Positions 49,327-62,064 of a stretch of 64,000 nucleotides of DNA are shown piece by piece. Within the stretch, counting starts at the first letter, position 1; each line of letters begins with the position of its first letter. Source of the stretch: Eledone cirrhosa (lineage: Eukaryota); assembly GCA_964016885.1 (NCBI GenBank), contig OZ024740.1, forward strand, positions 180,544,001 to 180,608,000. The letters run 5' to 3'. The notes under the pieces are model-generated. The model ran no database searches. It was not told the DNA's origin and saw only the letters and a list, made by a program, of their open reading frames with translations. The position numbers were made by a program, and so were the translations under genes.

Positions 49327-52300
49327 GATTTCATTTATTGGCCACATGGGCCGACATGACGGGGACAATACAAAGACAGGGACAGCGGGTATTTACAATA
49401 AGGTTGAGTAGCAGTGCACAATGGCAAGCCTAATTTAACAATGAAGATATACAAATATAAAATAAACTATGTATGAATATAACAAAATCAATACATTTCT
49501 CTATCGGGGGTGGATGACCAGGGGGTGACTCAGGTACACCACCAATCCTGAACCACCACGTTCTTCAAGGTCACCTAGAGAAAGCAGCCCTCTTATCAAG
49601 TTAACTAGCCTATAGGCGCATGGTCAGTGTAGGCCCATTCCCACTGGCTATTCTCTCCACATTCATCCACCTTTTAGCAAATGTACTGGTGGAGCAGCAC
49701 TTCTCTCTTCACCCTCACCTTCCTTTCCAGGTGAAACTTGAAGAAATTGATGAGGGATTGGCCGAAGAGAAAAGTGTCTGTCTTCAGTCCTTTCAATCCG
49801 GTACACCATATAGAGTATTACGCAACTGCAACCAGACAGAGGAATATTGCCTGTTCTTCCTGACCATAGGAAGGCGGCGGGTCGATCTTCGCTATGAACT
49901 CAGCCGATAGCCGGATCCGTTCTACACTCAACAGTAGCTGTCCGACATAATTCCACAAGTCAGTAATACACGGATATTGGAGAAGTGCGTGTAGAGCGGT
50001 TTCGTCGCTCTGTGCGCATCTTGGGCAGGTCCGTCTGACAGCACTTCCGTTCCTCGGTAGCACTGCCATGAGAGTGATTTCTGGAAATTGTCCATCGTCC
50101 CCGGCTCGAATGTCCTCCAGAACAGACTGGTCAGTTCGACTTCGTCAAGGACCAAAGCCACTCCAAGTGTGTCATCGCACTTGCCCACCACTAATCCTCT
50201 ATAGAACTAGAGAGTGGAAGTTCCACTGATCGCATTGTTCGCTTGGTAGAGGGCAGTGAGTGCCTGGCAACATTCTAGGAGCCAGTCACCTAGTCTCGGT
50301 CTCTTCTTAACCCAGGACTGCAGCTCAGTCAAAGAAACGATCTGCGGGGCGGCCCGTCTGTTAAACAGCGACCACACCTGTTCACCCCTTAGGCAGAACA
50401 TCTGGAGATGTCGTAGCCTCAGCGCATGTCTTGGCATCATTATCCACGCATGCCCAGCCCTCGGCGTAGAGGGTGCTGGAAGCAGATGGACCGCCTCACC
50501 AACGGAACCTTTCCTTTCCATAATAATTTGAAGAGGAGCCGTTCTAACTTGACGAGGCACTGACGGGGGCCAGGCACAACGGTCGGCTGAAGTAATCGGC
50601 CTTTCGCAACGCTCAGTTCGACCGTCGAGATGCGCGGCAAGCCGTCAAGATAGGCACTGAAATACAATACTCTCTCTGACCCACCACTCACCCCGAACAA
50701 CCGAGAAAAGTGCTGACGAAAGGCCTCACACATCCACTGGTAATCGCTTTTCTCGTGTCCGTCTCGGTCCGCCATAGATCGAATTGTGGTTTTATTACCA
50801 CGGTGCGCCTTCGCCACGCGGGCCCATCGAACAGCTTTGGTTCCCTCGTTTCTCAGCGCAAACGCCTTAGCTCTGACAATGCAATCTTCGTGTTTCTCAT
50901 TCAAGAAATAGTGTAATGCCATTATCGCCGCTAACACGTCAGTTGCAATGCCACTACAAATAGCCTCGTCTAACTTATCTACCAGCTCACCCTCCTTTCT
51001 ATTTTTCTCTAACACTAGTTTCCTGAACTCTATCGAAGTTACTCTAATCTCCTTTTTCAGAGCCCCCCACCATCTGTTGTTAATTATCCCCCCTGTCAAC
51101 CTTTTCTTAACTAAATTGTTGACTCGGTCCCTGTAAGGCTTACGTCCGGGAAATGACATGTTCAGCTTCCAGTAACACGGTCCCAACCTACGCGTTTTAT
51201 CTAGGTCGACCATACAAATCACAAATTTGTGATCTGAATAGGCGACTGTTTTAAAACGTGGGCAGCCTACACTATTTCTATCTATTTTCCTAATGGAGAT
51301 CCTGTCTATATGCGATCTAGACGACCCTATGCTGTTGATTCACGTCCATTCTGGTGCACTGGGGAAATCTAGTCGATAACTGTGAGATAGTTGGAACTGG
51401 CCTATTCGGTGCTTGAAATTTTGCACCCCCAGCTCCTATCGGATACTCCCACACAGTCACAGCTTATTTCTCACATACCGTTCCAGCACACCGCTAACAA
51501 TAAAGGGCGAGACGTACTCAGAAATGCTTCCTGACGTCTAAAGATGTCCGGCCGTCCTGCCCCCGTAGGGGCGTAGATCGTCACCTGTCTAAAAGCGCCG
51601 CCTTCACTATTGTACTCGTCCAGGGCCAACAACTTACCGTCCGAGTCCCGAAGTGATGCGAAGATCTGATATTCGTCGAAAATGGGGCTAGTGCGCACGT
51701 GTTGGAAATCCTGGTCTCGCTGACGACAATTATATGCATTTCTAGAGACCTGATATCGACATTCTCACCAGAAACAAATCTTCTAGCACGCGAAATGTAT
51801 TCGATTAAAACATTCCCAGCTCTGTTTCTATTTCTTTACTTCGTGCTACGGGGGCCATCAATTCCTTGTTGGCCCTTCTGACAAGTACGAAGTTTGTATG
51901 TTTTTTTGGTGCGATTGTATTTGTTTGCGTGACTGTGGTGATGTCTGTGTATGTTGTGATTACTGTGTCTGTGGTTTCACATGTTTGTTTGGGGATTTGT
52001 TCTTGCGTCTGTTTAGGTTGTTTGCGTTTGGGGGATTCTGATGATGTTGATGGTGTTGGTGGTGTTGATGTTGGTGTTGTTGGGAGATGTTTGGGGAGGT
52101 GTCTACATTTTCTATTGTGGGTGTATTTGTGCTTTGTGAATTTATTTTTCTTTGTGTGTTTTCTTTTTTTGTGGAGATTTTGGTTTGCCCTCATCTTCAC
52201 TACTGGAAGATGAGGGCGTCTGTGCCTGGGTGCATGTTCATATTTTATTCATGTTTGTCTTTGGGAGGAGGGTGAGGGGGAATTTGACAACTTTCCTCTG

Positions 52301-53512
52301 TGGTCAATGTTGGTGGTGCTTCTATTGGTGTTATTTTCTGGTGGTTTTGATGGTGCTGGTGTTGGTGGTGGGCCTCTCCCCGGCGCCGGCAGCAGTGGAG
52401 CCCTTCGAACCCTTTCATATTTCAGCAGTTGAGGGCAGAGGCTTGCAAATAATGTTTTTTTCCGCAAACGAAACAATGCGGCCTTTAACCCTCAGTCATA
52501 ATGTCAATTACCCTCCCGTTCTGAAGACGGATGTAGTCGGGGATTGTTTTTACATTCTCCGGCCTGATCTGGAGACCCCGGACCAATCCTCTCTTGCAGT
52601 CCTTCTAACGAGACGGTATCTGTCCACTCCACAATCACACATTCCAAGGGCCAACATATGTCAAGTCCTGCTGGGATCCTGGGAAGGCGCAGAGTAGCTG
52701 TTCTTTTTCTCATGTGAGATGGTTACATTAAGACCATGGTGATTTTGCAAGGGGTTATTGCATGTTTCATAGCGATGGCTTCTGACTTAAACAGCACCGC
52801 AATGGTGCCGTATTGGCTGCCCCTCTCTATGTATTCGGTGTCATCCCTGATGCACCTCAGCGCAGCTTGAACATCTGCCTGTGCAATTAAAGCCGCCCTC
52901 TTTGTTTCTGCTGGGATGCATCTGTAATACACTGTACTGCGCACCACTTCTTCAATAGCTTCTACCGGGACAGATATCTTGGCCCAGATTTGCCCTTATT
53001 GATGATCTCTCCGGCATGGGCCAAATTTTCATCCTTATTTGAGAAGTCCATGCTGAAACTAGGCCTTTTTTGGCTGTTGTCGCAGCGAAAGTGTTCTTGT
53101 TTTTAGTAATGTTCTTAACATTTGTGTTGGTGTTGTTGTTGTGGTCGTTGTTTGTGCTGGCGTTGGAGTTTTCATTATTGTTGGTGTAGTTGTTGTTGTT
53201 GGTGCGGCTGTTGGCGATACTGCCTAATGTTGTGTTGGTGTTCATATTTGTTGTGGGAATGGAAGTTTGATTCACATCAACTTTTAAACAGCTGTCAGAC
53301 AAAAGGTTTTTTTTTTCGAATAAAATTATATTTTTTTTTAAATAAAGTTCAAATATTTGGGCCAAAAGTCCCAGCTATTATAGTTTCCCTTTCACAGGGC
53401 AAAGTCCAAGGGCTTCTGTCCATTTCCGGACAACAAAAATTTACAATAAATGATTTAAGTCATGTAAATAAAGAGACGTGTGGGAGCGAGCAAAATGACG
53501 TCCGATCACACC
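49327..53512 (-). mobile_element. Tx1 copy T4: older related family, internally deleted
   Basis: IYAPTGAGRPD, YWKLN, DNFQKSLSWQCYRG, CPRCAQSDET; RT core deleted near 50590; 3' end AATAAATGAAATC-(ATT)n. Confidence 0.85.
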
Positions 53513-54308
53513 AATAACCAATAATAATAATAACAATACTGATTATTATTATTATGTTTATTCAAGTAACAAAACCCTGGTTGATCCATCAATCTACCGA
53601 CTATCGTTGTAAACAGGCGTAAAGCTCGTCACGGCTTCTGTTCTTGAAATGATTCTCAGTAGGGTAGGGTATCATATGCAATATCAATATTATAAACAGG
53701 AGAAACGGATTTAAGTGCACATCCTTTATTTATTATATAATCCTGTTATAATCCTGTATTTCAAAGATATAAAAGTGATTGCATGATGACGTATTTTCAT
53801 CAGACAGAAGTCAAATTGTAATGATTTTGTTTTAGACATTCTATTGTAGTTAGGAACTTGGTGGTGGCAGTCCCAATACAATAAGCATATAAGGTATATA
53901 ACAGTTTCTGTAGGCAGGCAGGGTGTGGGAGACACAACCTTTGCTAAAATTACTATGTGGTTCAGTCGCTCCGATATAAATAGCTTAAAGGATTACTCTG
54001 AATAATTTAATAATTTATTTAATTATTTTAGCTGTTGGCACTGTATTTATGGAGGTTGTCCTCTTTCTCGGAGGTGTATGTTGGGGTGAGAGTGTGTGTC
54101 GGTGGGTGGAGTAAAAAGGGATATTGGTAATCATGCGTTATAGGTTATTTACACGCATGCATTCACGCATGTATTCACGCCCTCAAGCCCTAGACAACAC
54201 AATATATGCATGGTTATACACCAGAAGTTTATATATGCACACACATACACACTACAGCATATATAGATATGTAAATGTAGTGTATATGTATGCATATGTA
54301 AACAAATA

Positions 54309-54492
54309 ATTGTTTCTACGTTAGGCACAAGGCCAGCAATTACCCAGTGCATTACTGGTACTTTATTTTATCGACCCCGTAAGGATGAAAGGCAAAGTTA
54401 ACCTCGGCGGGATCTGAACTCGGAATGGCAAGGGCCGTAACTCTATACGTCAAAGCATGGCGTCCGACCCTCTACCAATACTGCCAATCCAC
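54309..54492 (-). mobile_element. Cephalopod-type tRNA-derived SINE
   Basis: TCGACCCCGTAAGGATGAAAGGCAAAGTTAACCTCGGCGGGATCTGAACTC; A and B boxes on the minus strand. Confidence 0.85.
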
Positions 54493-54524
54493 AAACAAAT
54501 AATCCGAGACGTTCATATATGACG

Positions 54525-54708
54525 GTTTCGCAGCATCGGTAGAGAGTCGGACACCATGCTTTACAACATAGAGTTATGGCCCTTTATGATCTTAGTTCAA
54601 ATCCCACCGAGGTTAACTTTCCCTTTCATCCTTACGGGATCGATAAAATAAAGTACAAGTAATGCGCTGGGTAATTGATGGCCTTGTGCCAAATGTAGAT
54701 ACAATTAT
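54525..54708 (+). mobile_element. Cephalopod-type tRNA-derived SINE
   Basis: Reverse complement of the 54309-54492 copy. Confidence 0.85.
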
Positions 54709-54718
54709 TAAGTATCGT

Positions 54719-54901
54719 TTGGCAGTATTGGTAGAGGGCCTGACGTCTTGCTTTACATCATAGAATTATGGGTCTTTACGTCCGAGTTCAAATCCCGCTG
54801 TGGTTAGATTTGCCTTTCATCCTCATCGGGTCTATAAAATAAAGTACCAGTAATGTACTCGGGTAATTGCTGGCCTTGTGCCAAATATAGAAACAATTAT
54901 T
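54719..54901 (+). mobile_element. Cephalopod-type tRNA-derived SINE
   Basis: TGGCAGTATTGGTAGAG..GAGTTCAAATCCC; tandem to the previous copy. Confidence 0.85.
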
Positions 54902-55049
54902 ATGTACTTTGGTGGAGATTTGTATAGCTCATTGTTGTGAACACAATGTAAGCATACTAATGCAGGTAGGTTGCGCATTATATCTACATATTATATAGAC
55001 TGAATTTAGGTACCTGCTGGTCCTGATATCCAACACATAGTGATTGTAT

Positions 55050-57200
55050 AATTTTGGCGTTAACTAATCCAGATGACTAGCAAAGAGATAAGTAGAAAGT
55101 ATGATTAATCGATTTATTATGTTAAGGGTAATATATCGGTCTAAATTAAGATAAAGGTTGGACAGTTGTAAAGAAAGATAGTCAAGTATATCTATACAAT
55201 GCCTCACCGAAAGGGTTCTAGGTTAACTCTTTATGTTAAAGTACGGGGTGATGGTTAATGTCAAGGGATATGCTAACTATATAATCTCAGAATTATTTTA
55301 GTTATTTTATGTCTACTAAAGTGCTCTGAAGGTATGTTAATTATATGTGGTCTACTTTTAATAATATGTAGTGTTTTGGTGATGCGATAAAGATTCACTC
55401 AGATATGGTAACACTACTTCCAACGTGTACCAAGAAAGAGCGTATTCTACACCGTCGTGCTTCAGCTTCCAATTAAGCTCGGATAGTGGTTTGCTCTATT
55501 GTATTTTATCGATCTGGTTAAAGGAGTTACGAGGGTTATATCATTTATTTTTAAACCTGATCGCTGCTACGCTGAAGTAGTTATATATTGCACCTCTATT
55601 ATACTATATTTCTATGTGGGCATTTAATGTTACCTCTAGATCTAGGACCTTTTTAGATAAGGCTCTTGATTTCGCTAGCAGTTTCACAAGTATAGTCGAG
55701 TTAGACCTGATTAGTAACATCCCACCGTAGAAAAAAAACCTCTTCTTTAATAATGAGGACACCTAGATAAAAAAATCTACGAACAAAGAAAAACCCATTC
55801 GATGGTATCATTTGACACACTGCGAAAGAAATTCCCTGACTTCCTTACGGGACTATATCGTGAAGGTCTGTCACAATCAAGCCATTAAAGTATCTATGAC
55901 TTCGACAGATTTAGAAAAGACCTGATTACGACTCTCAAAAGCCTAGGCTTATAAATTACAATATCTACCAACTTCAGCACTGTTAACTACCTAGACTTTA
56001 ATTTAGATCTACGTACACGCACATACTGAACATTCCACAAACCCAGTGAGAAACTCAGATACATTAATAAGGACTCTAGGCACCCCCATAGTTTTTATGA
56101 ATCTTATTAATAACACCCGTAAGAGGATAATCAACATCTCTTCTGGCAAATCCAAATTTAATTAGGACGTACCCTATTACAGATCAGCTTTAAGCAACAG
56201 CGGTTCCTCCGAAATAATCACTTACTCTCCAGATCACCACACTATGTATAGAAGCATAAAATCGTCGTGTGGTGCGCACCACCATTTGCACTCAATACAA
56301 AGACGAAAGAAGGTAAGAAATATCTAGCCCTCTTCGATCTTCACTTCCCTCTAGGCCCTAAAAACTGAAATATATTCAATCACCATACAGCAAAAACAGG
56401 CTTCTCTTGAACCAGTAATATTACACCATCCCCTACAAACCCCAAATAACTCCCCCATGCAAAAGGCCAGCGACAACACAACATATTTGACATACGTCCA
56501 CCAAAACCAACAAACTGAAGCATTGTCAGAATGTTCAAGAGCCGGTTCAAAAGCTGGTACAATAACCACTTTCAAACATCCTGAGAAAAAACATGCCACC
56601 CAGCTCACAGACCATGGGTGGAACCACACAAATAACGGCACACCATCTTCAATTAACATGAGCATTTTAGAAGAATCCAGCCCATATTTTAATGGGAAGA
56701 AATTTTGCCGGCTATATAACTAGGAAATGTGAAATATACCCTCGCAACTGGCTTCAGAGGAACATTGCTTAAATACCCGTGTTGATTTTATTATTCGCTG
56801 TTCACATATAGAGGTGTTCATTCTGAGAAAACAGTATGGACCAGACTAACTGATTTTAATTTGAAGGAATTTAATTTACTTTGATTACTAATTTTTCACT
56901 AGATTTCCCCCTTTTGTAGTAACTTTTGTTAGTTTCTTCCCTTTATAATAACTAAAATATTTATTTATTTATTAAATTACATTCGAAATTACCTAACCTT
57001 GAAGAATTCTCGCGTATTATATAAAAGCATCAAATCAACTCGTACTAAGTCAGTAATCAGCGTTCTTGTTAAACGTAAACAGCAACTACAATTTTTAGAA
57101 ACAACATTATACTTATCCCCGATAAATAATCCGAAACCTGTCTGGAGTTGAAATCACAGACAAGAATTTAAACACGAGTTCTTTTTTCACTATTGCATAT
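55050..57200 (+). mobile_element. Highly degenerate Naiad-like Penelope element
   Basis: Remnants LDKALDFAS, GLYREG, VNYLDFNLDL, FHKPSEKLRYINKDSRHP, VVWCAPPF, IFNHHTAKTGFS, FKHPEKKHATQL, SILEESSPYFNGKKFCRL; boundaries approximate. Confidence 0.75.
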
Positions 57201-59509
57201 TTTACGTCCAGTTCGATAGAAAAATATTAGCAGCGAATTTGTAGGAAAGGTAGTGATAATGTAAAATGAAAGAGAATATGGCAAAAGCAATTAAGAAACT
57301 GCATTACTAATATATAACAGAAAAGCAGAAATTCAAATAAACTATAAACTTTCACTGCTAATTTCTCCATGGTACTTGATGTTCAATGATATAAGAATCA
57401 ATACCAATAAATTACATAACTTTAAGTAACTGGATGAATAGCTACTATAACTTAAGATTCCAAAGCATGTTGTTTGCTTTTATAAGCAATAGCATATGCC
57501 CTCAATATCACAACACATCGGAAAGAAACTAAAAATGCAATTGCATCATACAATTCTGCATTTCTTTTCTTTTCTCACTTTTCATTTAATGATGCATTTT
57601 CAGTATGGTGTTGTAAGACGACTTTGCGTTCATTTCTGAATACTTTTAATGTTAAGAATTTTAGCCAAATCACTCCTAACTAAACACTAATACAATTGGA
57701 CTTCACACCACTTAGCATTTATTCACAAATACATAAAGATTTTACAATCAGCTTTGTAAATGGCTAAAACATGTTATGTTTGATACTAGTGGGTACAGCT
57801 GAGACGGTAAATACCTAAGTGCTAATTAGATTGAGTCTGCATGAGTTGTGTTCACATCCCATGAAGATCATGATATACATTTATCCATTTTGTGCCAATA
57901 CAGTTACATACAGTTGTATGTAATAAATCATGCTCCTCACCAAAGTTACCCGTTGTTAAAAACTAAGACATGCATATATCTAAGGTTTTAGATATATATA
58001 GATGGCTAAGACTGAATAGTATATGGCGAAATCATATAATAAGTTTAATTACTACGATGATGAATTATGAATGGTACGGGATTTTACCACCTATATCAAT
58101 AAAATACACATTAATAATGTGTTAGAGATTACCCAAAACAATTAAGATTTCTCTGAGAATAACGGTGCTTTGTTTCCAGACAGGATTAGGCAATATAATC
58201 CGTAAATGCTATAAAAGAAAAACGAATATTCTTTGTTAAATACTGTATTTAATAATATGGATATTATTAAGATTTTGAAAAAAAAAAAAAAAAAAAAAAC
58301 GTGGTTGTATTATTTAAAAAAAGGATAAAAACACAACTACAAACAAATTTCATTACGGAATGTTTAATTAAAACTTGTTTTTAATCAAAGTTTACTTTTC
58401 TTTATTTAAAGTATTTTAACAGATCTAATAAAATTCGACCACATTTTTATTTACAGACTCAACTTTGCTATGATAGCGAGAGATATTATTCCTTTAATTG
58501 TCAATTTGTTATTTTTTGTGACAGAGGAAACTTTGTTGAAAATGTGTTTGCATTAGGAAGTGTGATGTCTAAGATGTTAACCTTTCGGTGTGTGTTGTTA
58601 ATATTACTGCTATCACACGTAGTGTTACATCATTGTCAGGAAAATAATATTCAAGTCGAATTACCATGATGTTATTTTCCTTAACAGATGTAATAAATCA
58701 CATATAAAATTGACATGTGTAAACTAGCATACAATAATTCTCGTAAGCATGCGTGGTTTGATATATTTGGTATCTAAATCTATTTATATCCCCAAAGAAA
58801 ATAGAATAAATAATAGTCATAGAAATGTTGTTGATATTTATGAAAATATCAACAATTATGTTTTATGACTTCACGGGAAAATAAATTTATTTTCATTTTA
58901 TATATGTTTTAAACAGAATTTTGTCTTTGAAATTAATATATCAAACTTAGTAACAATAACATTGTAAAACATAATGTGCTAGTTGTCATGTTCAATATAA
59001 AGAGTATGATTTAATCTAATATCAATACATTTATAATAATATCATTGATTTCTTCAGTTGTTTTTAATAATCATATATTTCACTCCAACAATAATAATGT
59101 TTGTATATTCTGTTAAGGAAACACAATATACTACTGACAACTACATAGTAATTCTGAAATATATGTCTGAGGTCGGCGTAGTGTTGTCTGAGACGATGTT
59201 ATCTAGGATATTTAATTGTTGTATTTTCAGTTATTGCTGATATCTTTCTTGTTGATGGTGATAGTACTATATATACGTATATCACGCATGTCCAAAGAGA
59301 CATATGGAATAGCATTGCAATTGAGGTTATATTATTAAATGTATCCACCTATTTTGTTAGAAGGTTCCGTACAACATTTGTAACATTAGATTGATTTGGT
59401 TTAGATTTCAAAATGATGGTGCAAATTGTTTTTGGTGGTGGTTTTGATGATTATGTTTAACATACTTGAAACCTAATCGAGCAGACATATGACGAAACGT
59501 GCTCCTATA

Positions 59510-59705
59510 ATAGTTATTGCTAGAGCATTGGACAAATCTATTTGCAGTCCTTGTTACGGTTCTTTACGTTCTGCTTTCAATTCGACCGAAGTTAGTTTTG
59601 TTTTCATGATACTGTAGTGGATAAATAAAAACAATCGAAATACTAGTGTCGATATAATCAACTTTACATTCTACTTGAAAATGCCTTATGCCTAATTTAG
59701 AATTC
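59510..59705 (+). mobile_element. Old degenerate SINE
   Basis: TTTACGTTCTGCTTTCAATTCGACCGAAGTTAGTTTTG resembles the SINE body. Confidence 0.55.
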
Positions 59706-60029
59706 ATTAATTTGTTTATTTAAAACGCCCCTGTCTAATAAGTACTAAATGTTTTATATAGGTGTTTGTGGAGAATCACTTAAGTAGATACTTTTCTAGA
59801 ACGTAATGTGTGTGACACCCAATTTATAGTAAAATCATATAACATTCAGACTCAATACTGAACTGTAATAATAAAATATGCGACCGTTTTATTCATTTTC
59901 AGTATCAGGTTTGACATAACCGATATATTAAGCTTTACAATGATTATATTCCCAAAAGCGGTTTTTACCATTGCCTCCTACAATTTAATTGATTATAGGA
60001 TGCCATCAAATTTTATTGTACACTCTTCT

Positions 60030-60101
60030 TTACATCCTATTGTCGTCATCAATAACTTTTCCATCGTAACCATCATTCTCTGCTCTAAATATAATTGACA
60101 G
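60030..60101 (-). CDS. Candidate terminal exon of an unidentified host gene (LSIIFRAENDGYDGKVIDDDNRM*)
   Basis: Strong acceptor TTTCTCTTTTTTTTATCCAG, open frame to TAA, AATAAA shortly downstream; no homology recognised. Confidence 0.3.
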   Translation of the reverse strand: MSIIFRAENDGYDGKVIDDDNRM

Positions 60102-61239
60102 CTGGATAAAAAAAAGAGAAATGATATTTGTAACGGAAAATACGCTGAATGAAATACATTAATTATGATTGTGTCTATTACAACATAATAAGCCACATTC
60201 TATTTTTTTTATTTTTTGTAAACTGGTGGAAATTAAACTAGTGGAGACATATCTCTATATCACACTAGATAACGCTAGACACCTAGTAAGATCTGATAGA
60301 AAAAGGAGAAATACGTAAAGAAATTGTCAAAACATAAAATTGTTTTCCCGTTGTAAGACTTTGATACTAGAATATGTGTGTATAATGAAAATATCAGTTA
60401 AAATCTAGTTCTTTTTTGTAAATGGAGACAGAAGTCTAAAGAGCGTAGCAAAGTTATTATGCAACTAGAAATAAAAATATATGAATATATACATGAAATG
60501 CTTTATACATGCAACATTGAGTCACAATTATAGTTTAATGTCAAACTAACATTATATTATATCAAAACGTAGAAATCTCTTAAGCTAATTATTTTTTTAT
60601 AAAAATGCATTCAATGGCGACAAAACAGAATTGTGGTTCCAAGAGTTAAGAATGCATTCATTCTGCAGTGTTTTCATTCCATTTTATTTATCTAATTATT
60701 AGACTGTTCCAAAATCCCTATAGTTGTATAGGTGTTGCCTTTTAAATGGTATCTAAATATTATCCAACATATACGTTGCAGTGCATAGTTGTTATTTCAC
60801 ATTGCAATTTTTTCTGGAACAAAACACATATTTAATACAATGAAAGCATTTTTAGTGATCGCTAAAACATTATAATATTTTAAATACACTGTAAAGGTTT
60901 TTAAACAGAATCTGAATACAACAAAAGAGTTATAATTGCGTTAGACATCTCATGTTAATTTGTTGTTATATGTTATTCATCTGATCAAATTTCAAAACAT
61001 TCCAAGCTTGCAACTAGTTCTGTTCTGTCCATCCTGTGCGCTTTTCTGTTTGGAATTTTAAAATGATATGCATAGCAGTATTAAAAACATTGGATAAAAC
61101 AGTAAAATCAAACGCACACACGAACACACACGCATACACGCACACACATACGCATACACACACACACGTACGCACACACGCACACACACATACACACACA
61201 TATACACACACACACACATATATATATATGGTGGTTCAC

Positions 61240-61885
61240 TGAAGTAGTTAAAGGAGTTCTAGTATCTCGGAGCTATATTCATGACTGATGGAATGCAGGA
61301 GACTTAATTAAGTACAAGAATTGCAGGAGCTGGTGCAGTAATGCACCAGCTTCAGCATTCAGTAATCCGAAGAGGCCAGGTAGGCGTAAAAGCCAAACTC
61401 ACAATCTTCGATTCGGTATTCGCGATAACGCTGGCCTAGTTCATGAACATTGGGTAATAACCGAAAGAATATGATCATGAATACAAGCGGCCGAAATGGG
61501 GCTCCTCCGAAGGGTTTTGGAGTAATCCTACTCGATATAGTGAATAGCTCGAAATTCATAGAAGTACTCCAGGGACAAAATGTCTTTGAATTCAGAGGCC
61601 ATAGCTCCGATATGATCTCCGAATATCTCAGGAAAGAATCGCTGGTGAGATTTTACGGGCAAAACAAACTGTCAGGTGACCCAGAACTAGACCTCAATCA
61701 AGATGGTTGGTTAACATCCATGAGCATTGCTGGTCTCACTTAGTTTTCTAGTCGGAACATATAGAGACGATTGCTTCTGACAGGACACGCTAGAAGTAGT
61801 CTTTAACGACTCTACACCAATGACCCTCTCAATGGAAGAAGAAGAAGAAGAAGAAGAAGAAGAAGAAGAAGAAGAAGAAGAAGAA
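61240..61885 (+). mobile_element. RTE-clade LINE 3' fragment with a (GAA)n tail
   Basis: KYLG-like start, KAKLTIFDSVF, IQAAEMGLLRRVLG-like translation; terminal (GAA)n. Confidence 0.75.
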
Positions 61886-61900
61886 AAATGACGAGGAAGA

Positions 61901-61940
<40 letters not shown>

Positions 61941-61943
<3 letters not shown>

Positions 61944-62055
61944 TGTTTCTACTTTAGGCACAAGGCCAGCAATTACCCAGTGCATTACTGGTACTTTATT
62001 TTATCGACCCTGTAAAGAAGAAAGGCAAAGTCAACCTCGGCTGGATTTGAACTCA
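61941..62055 (-). mobile_element. SINE 3' part; the head is not seen before Tx1 T5
   Basis: Near-identical to 54309-54420. Confidence 0.85.
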
Positions 62056-62064
62056 TATAATAAT

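Noticed and set aside
57105-57150. Hammerhead remnant CCGATAA..CGAAACCTGTC after the Naiad-like PLE
   Set aside because: Core too mutated to call a ribozyme, although the position fits a decayed pseudo-LTR
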